DNA from: Octopus sinensis
Lineage: Eukaryota
Direction of reading: 5' to 3'
Assembly: GCF_006345805.1 (NCBI RefSeq)
Contig: NW_021833136.1
Location: 1 to 28,492, forward strand
Length of the DNA stretch: 28,492 nt
This document shows positions 22,896 through 28,492 of the stretch, one piece after another. The notes under the pieces are model-generated. The model did no database searches, was not told the origin of the DNA, and worked only from the letters and a program-made list of their open reading frames with translations. The stretch's first letter is position 1, and each line of letters starts with the position of its first letter. The translations under genes were made by a program, and so were the position numbers.

Positions 22896-24168
22896 TATCT
22901 GTAAAGATGGTTTTTACTGAGGCAAACGTCATGAGATTTTTTGAAGAAGCAAAAAATAATTGTAACGAAAGTTAAGTTTTTTTTTTCAACTTGAACCTGT
23001 GTCTGAAAGTGAAACGTTGATGTTTTTGAACAAAGTATTAATCTTTATCTGTTATTATAGTTGGAAATGTATAACGATAAATAAGAAAAAAATAGTGAAA
23101 TGTTTCAAAAAACGCATGCAGCTTTGAAGAAGATATATGAAATGGACGTGTGTTGTGTGTGTTTTCCGGCTAATTTGCAGGACTTTTGCAGTCAGCAAGA
23201 GGTGGTTTGTGTTTATCTCTGGAGTGGAATTGTTGTTAATTTGTCTGTAATAGCAATGCCCGGACAAGTGAAAATATCTTCGCAGAAAACAGCTTCAGGA
23301 GTTGTGAAGAAAGAACTTGTACGTAGTCTGTTTGTGAGAACTATTCTGTTGGACCTCCGTCTAATCACGTCTTTTAAGGTACACACACATACATAGAAAA
23401 TGTGAGGTCATGGTAGAAAATTTTTCGATAGTTGATTTATGGAAAAGATTATGTTAAATTTTTGAAATGCAAATCTGTGAATGAAAATTAAGTTCAGACG
23501 TCTACATGGTAGGTAGACCTAGTAGAAATAGCAGCCAAATCTCCCACAAAACACCCCACTGTATTAATCCAACATTGTGCGTAATATGTAGTTTCAAGGA
23601 GAAAAGGTAACTAACGTTGAAGATAATTAACCCCACGAAGAGGTGAAAGAAGAGAGACAGCATAGGGAAAGTTTTAGCTAACTCATCCTGTAGTCCCCTT
23701 GTTGCTCGCGGAAAAGTATATGGTGGCTGTGTGAACAACTGGTTGTTTTAATGGAAGAACGAAGTGGGGAAGAAGTTTTTATCGATTTTCACGGAAAGTA
23801 TGGGTGCTATGAAAAAAATAGAAGAGGTAGTAAGAAGTTGACGTTAAGAATTGATTTAACAGTAGAAAATGTTTGACATTTCAATCATCGCCAAATAATG
23901 AAGCTGTAAGAATTTACAGGCAAATTGTATGTAAGAATTAAAGCAGAAATGATTTTTAATTATACTGCCAAAGTTCTGCAACTTAATAGCAGACGTATCC
24001 AATTTAAGAAAAGTGAAGATAAAAGCTAAGTGGAACATTATGGAAGGAGTCATTGGTATACACTTATAAGAAAAATAGACACGTACCTTTTTTAGAGAAC
24101 GAAAATGTAGCTATTGTATTGGACGTCTGTGTAATCAAGAGAGCAGAAAGTGAAAGAAAATATATGAA
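22896..24168 (-). other. Probable 5' non-coding region of Helitron B; continues at 27258 beyond the Helitron C insertion
   Basis: Lies upstream of the RepHel ATG and contains modules shared with 17592-18090 and 27258-27760. No 5' TC terminus was identified. Confidence 0.5.
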
Positions 24169-24356
24169 CTAGCAGAGATACCTGGCGTTGCCCGGTACAT
24201 TCATTGAAGAATTAGACTATTCTGTTATATATATATATATATATATATATATGGATACACAACACACACCTATATATATGTATATTAATATAATACATGA
24301 ATACATGAAGTTTGTTAAAAAAAGGGTATCATGTATATACCTCCTGGCTGTTGAGA

Positions 24357-26030
24357 TTATAACACCTCGTTGTAAACAATGTTCCTTGTTTTCCCTTGTG
24401 GAGCATATACAAAAAGGTTTCTTTTGGTTCCTACTCTTGAGCAGCCAACATACAGTTGCCCATGCGAGAAGCAGGGCTTCTTCAAGAGAAGACCAGCTAC
24501 AGAGAGGGTTTGACCCTGAGATTTGTTAATGGACATGGCAAAGCTGACACGAAGGGGAAATTACAATCTTCTGAATGTAAATGGAATTTCTGCTCCTGAT
24601 GGAGTAAGAGGAAATCTTGGAATAAAGACGTCATCAGCTTTTCCACATCCAGAAAAAATGATTGCCTCGATAACGTGTGACATGATTTTCTTTATCACCA
24701 GTCGTGTTCCATTGCAAGTCTTGGTGGTTCCAGATTGCGGAGTAGCGTTACAGGAGTTCCAACTTTAAGTGCTAATATGTGTGGAGGTAGACCAGGAGGC
24801 TCCGGTGAATTGAGAATTCAGGAGGATAGTTCACAACTTCATTTATATGTGGAATTGTATCAACACTTGTAAGTGTGTATACTGTCGGGAAGAGAATGCA
24901 TTAGCTGTTGATTGATTTTGTTAACAGCGCCGTTTTTTGGGGCTAATATTCCTTTTCACACAGCCAATTGTGATTTTGGGTAGTTTTGTGTGAAGCTGGG
25001 AAAGACTTTGTTTTTTAGGTCATCTACAGAATTAACAACAAAGGAAAATGACCACACTTCTATTTGTCCTGCAGCATCGAGAGGCATCTTGCCTTCACCA
25101 AGTGTCAAAATGTCATGTGCAAACTTTGCGGACATTTTGTCGCCGTGTAGCTGAGCTCTCATGTTAGTGGTGAGACTGAGGATTGTAACATGATGCCACA
25201 GGTTAGAGGACTTTAGGCATGCTTGGACTTCATCTGCTCTAGTGCCTTTCGGAATGACAGGAAGAGTTTGTCTGAAATCACCTGACTACAGAAGCGTTAC
25301 CCTCCCATCGGAGCCTGACAGTCGCGGATGTCTTTCAGGGCTCTATCTCATGCTCCAAAGCTCCTTGTGAGAGCCATAGTGCCTCATCCCAGACAATTAG
25401 ATAACACATTTTAAGTTCTTGTCCTGATCTGAGCTTTTGTTGATGTTGCATGAAGGCATTTCGGATGCTGCTAAATTGAGAGGGAGTTTAAAGTTGAGTG
25501 TGCTGTCCTGCCACCGGGTTACAAAGTAGCTGCAATGCCAGAGGAGGCTACAGCTACTGCATGTCCTGATGCTGCCTAACTTCTGCAAGGAGAAGCTTTG
25601 TAATAACTGTTTTCCTGACCCTCCAGGAGCATCGAGGAAGATTCGTCCATCGCGTTGGCGTACACTGTTAAGAATAGTTCTGTAGGCCTGCAGCTGGTCC
25701 GGAAGTAATGTAGGCTCATTTTCAACAATGTACTTTGAAAGCGCTTGAGTGTCGTAAGTTGTTTCGCGAATGACAGCAGTGGGAAGGCTATTTGACCCTC
25801 ACCTGAATGCTTGTGGCAGGCTATACGTCGACAATTCCTTTCCACCCAGTTTAGCAATTCTGTCTTCAATGTCAATGAGTCTTTTGTTATAGATTTCATT
25901 GCTGATACCCTCCATGTCAGGATAGAGCAGTTGAGCATGGCGCTGAAGGGGACAGTGTTTTTGAGATTCCGGTTCGAATGTAAGGCAGGTTTGAAAGTGT
26001 TACCAACAGTTATTAGTTGTAGTGGTAGAG
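24357..26030 (-). pseudogene. Helitron C PIF1-like helicase remnant
   Basis: NEIYNKRLIDIEDRI; IFLDAPGGSGK (Walker A); AVASSGIAATL*PGGRTAHSTFKLPL; IVWDEA; SGDFRQTLPVIPKGTRADEVQACLKSS; LTTNMRAQL; PPGLPPHILALKVG; LLRNL; FAMSINKSQGQTL; CFSHGQLYVGCSRVG; KTRNIVYNEVL* (stop 24357-24359). Frameshifted. Confidence 0.95.
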
Positions 26031-26097
26031 TGTTTATGCCGAATATGTACGTATGCATGTATATATATATATATATGTATGTATGCCTGTACATATG

Positions 26098-26232
26098 TAC
26101 AAAATCCACCGAGAAGGCTTTTGTTGTCTGAGGCTACAGCAGAAGACACATGCCAAGTCACCACCCAGTGGGACTGAACCCAGGACCATGTGTTTGGAAC
26201 GTAGTTTGTTACCACACAGCCACACCTGCCCC
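26098..26232 (-). mobile_element. tRNA-derived SINE with a microsatellite tail (26045-26097)
   Basis: The minus strand reads GGGGCAGGTGTGGCTGTGTGGTAA (A-box-like)...GGTTCAGTCCC (B-box-like)...GTGTCTTCTGCTGTAGCCTC...AAGCCTT..GGTGGATTTTGTAC. Homologous to 17383-17475. Confidence 0.8.
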
Positions 26233-26238
26233 TATGTA

Positions 26239-26886
26239 TGTATGTGTGTGTGTGTATGTGTGTATGGGTAGATATTATGCATGTACATATGGGTATATAT
26301 ATGTGTACATATTACATGTACATTTATATATATACATCTACACATAAAATACAAAATACAAAGTTATATCTTGATATCGCAAGTGATAACAATACTCAAA
26401 ATATATAACAGACTGGAATTGTAGGCCCGTCTCTTGCAATTTTGATCAATTGGATCTTGTCCTCCCACTTGTATAGAAGTGTACAGCTGCAGCGAAATTC
26501 ATTTTTGGACTTTCTTCTATCGAAGGCATTTTAACAAAAATGATTCCGTAAAGACGGTGAAATATTGTCAATTTCCCCAAACAGGGACACAATTCAATTT
26601 TTAAACAATAACCAAAGCCCTTCTCAGAAATGGGGAGGCTTATGGTTTACAATTATATAACAAATGCAACACAAAAACGTTTCCCTGACGAGGAACCAAC
26701 AAACGTGATTACAATAGTCAAACAGTAATAATAATAAAAACAAACCTTTTTAATTTATCCCCATTTATGTGAAACCACTTATTCAATTTCAAGTCATTGA
26801 TGCAATTTTATACGAATTGCTAATACACACACAGACACATATAATAAGGGTGAAAATTGAATATTAATTTGATTAATATGTATTGA
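26239..26886. repeat. Near-identical direct repeat, copy 1
   Basis: Matches 27840-28492 apart from about a dozen differences, mostly 1-2 bp indels. Confidence 0.97.
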
Positions 26887-27504
26887 AAACCAGTGGTGTA
26901 GCACATAAGAACATAGTGGATCTTCTTCTAGCAAAATGGATGACCACTGTTAATGGTTGATCCCTATTATATAATACTTTCACTTTCATAGTTTCAGTAT
27001 TAAGTGAAAGTACCTGCATTACAATAAAGAGATGTTTTTGCTTCACTTTTAACACGTAAGACTGAAATAGTGGAGAGATATGATATTGCTGTGAGCTCGC
27101 CCTAGGGAAAAAGTTGATTTTTTTTACCATGACACTCTCCCCGGACCTTACGTAGGGCATGTGGAAAATTTGAATGAAATTGTTGTGTCAGTTCACAAGT
27201 TTTAGGGAAACACACAGACAGACAGACACACATTCTCATTTTTTATATATAGAGAGATTGACGTGTGTATGTGTGTGTTTTTCCGGCGAATTTGGCAGGA
27301 TTTTTGCAGTCAGCAAGGTGGGGCGGTTGTGTTTATATCTGGAGATTTAGAAAGGGGATCTTTTGAAGTCCTTGTGAAAGCGAAAGAGGCAGATACAGGA
27401 CCTCTATTTTTAGCCCCTTGTGAGCAAAAATGAAATAAGATACAGGATGATTGCATGAGTGAACGTCCTTTGAAGTTGGCGTGAAGCGGAAGAATTGATG
27501 TGCG

Positions 27505-27630
27505 TGCTGGTGTGTATGAGAGTTTGTGTGTGTGTGAGAAGAGAGTGTGTGTGTGTGAGAGAGAGACAGAGAGAGAGAGCGTGTTGGAGACAGAGAGAGA
27601 GAGAGAGTGTGTGTGTGTGTGTGTGTGTGG
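27505..27630. repeat. (GT)n/(GA)n compound microsatellite
   Basis: Read directly from the sequence. Confidence 0.92.
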
Positions 27631-27839
27631 TGTGTTGTTGTTGGAGGGGTGTGCGGAGTGAGTATACAGAAAAGTAGAGAGGTTATGTATGTTGGCGGGG
27701 GAATTCCATTAAAAAAAGTTTTAATCGATTTTCTCTCGGTAACTATGGGGGATAGGAAAACAACAAACTGCATTCCAATATATACACCCCTCTCCACATG
27801 TGTGCCATATTTCATTAGCGAATCCACCCGCCGTTTGGC

Positions 27840-28492
27840 TGTATGTGTGTGTGTGCGTATGTGTGTATGGGTAGATATATTATGCATGTACATATGGTAT
27901 ATATATGTGTACATATTACATGTACTTTTATATATATACATCTACACATAAAATACAAAATACAAAGTTATATATTGATATCGCAAGTGATAACAATACT
28001 CAAAATATATAACAGACTGGAATTGTAGGCCCGTCTCTTGCAATTTTGATCAATTGGATCTTGTCCTCCCACTTGTATAGAAGTGTACAGCTGCAGCGAA
28101 ATTCATTTTTGGACTTTCTTCTATCGAAGGCATTTTAACAAAAATGATTCCGTAAAGACGGTGAAAGTATTGTCAATTTCCCCAAACAGGGACACAATTC
28201 AATTTTTAAACAATAACCAAAGCCCTTCTCAGAAATGGGGAGGCTTATGGTTTACAATTATATAACAATGCAACACAACAACGTTTCCCTGACGAGGAAC
28301 CAACAACGTGATTACAATAGTCAAACAGTAATAATAATAAAAACAAACCTTTTTAATTTATCCCCATTTATGTGAAACCACTTATTCAATTTCAAGTCAT
28401 TGATGCAATTTTATACGAATTGCTAATACACACACACAGACACATATAATAAGGGTGAAAAATTGAATATTAATTTGATTAATATGTATTGA
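27840..28492 (-). mobile_element. Direct repeat copy 2; probably another copy of the non-autonomous Helitron body in Helitron C's 5' part, running off the window
   Basis: Near identity to 26239-26886, with an offset of ~1606 bp at the window edge. Its 5' terminus would lie outside the window. Confidence 0.7.

Larger units (their letters stand above)
24169..27257 (-). mobile_element. Helitron C: both termini present, Rep domain absent, apparently chimeric
   Basis: 5' end A|TCTCTCTATATATAAAAAATGAGAATGTGTGTCTGTCTG (27257). 3' end has hairpin TACC(T)GGC-GTT-GCC(C)GGTA (24179-24197) and CTAG|T (24169). The flanks rejoin as ATATATGAA|TTGACGTGTG, matching the uninterrupted ATATATGAAATGGACGTGTG at ~23132-23151. 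No TSD, as expected for Helitrons. Confidence 0.82.

Noticed and set aside
26873-27160. 95-aa minus-strand ORF inside Helitron C as a captured gene
   Set aside because: No recognisable motif; it sits in the non-coding body just after the 5' terminus, and its length is within chance.
27333-27951. 202-aa and overlapping ORFs near the window end
   Set aside because: Built from (CA)/(CT) microsatellites and AT-rich repeat sequence.

Overview
AT-rich, microsatellite-dense eukaryotic DNA with no recognisable host gene. An octopus/cephalopod origin is plausible from the repeat style, but that is inference. The window is a nest of decayed transposons, nearly all on the minus strand. (1) Helitron A RepHel remnant (~385-6860), split by a Ty3/Gypsy LTR element (2283-6124) with both LTRs, PBS, PPT and a 4-bp ATAC target-site duplication; removing the Gypsy restores the Helitron reading frame. 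(2) A MITE-like element with ~133-bp inverted repeats (8440-8916). (3) A near full-length R4/Dong-clade LINE (11007-15128) with (TAA)n at both ends. (4) An internally deleted mariner (15641-16406). (5) Helitron B, a near-complete but dead RepHel (18176-22895), followed by a short derivative of its own 5' region that carries a CTAG terminus (17592-~18090). (6) Helitron C (24169-27257), a chimeric-looking element with both termini, inserted at an A|T site in Helitron-B-type UTR sequence. (7) A near-identical second copy of ~650 bp of Helitron C's 5' part that runs off the window end. There are also three tRNA-type SINE fragments and many microsatellites. All coding remnants carry stops or frameshifts. 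I found no clearly new protein system. The best leads are structural: the composite Helitrons and the strong co-orientation of the elements, which would fit a piRNA cluster or an intron.
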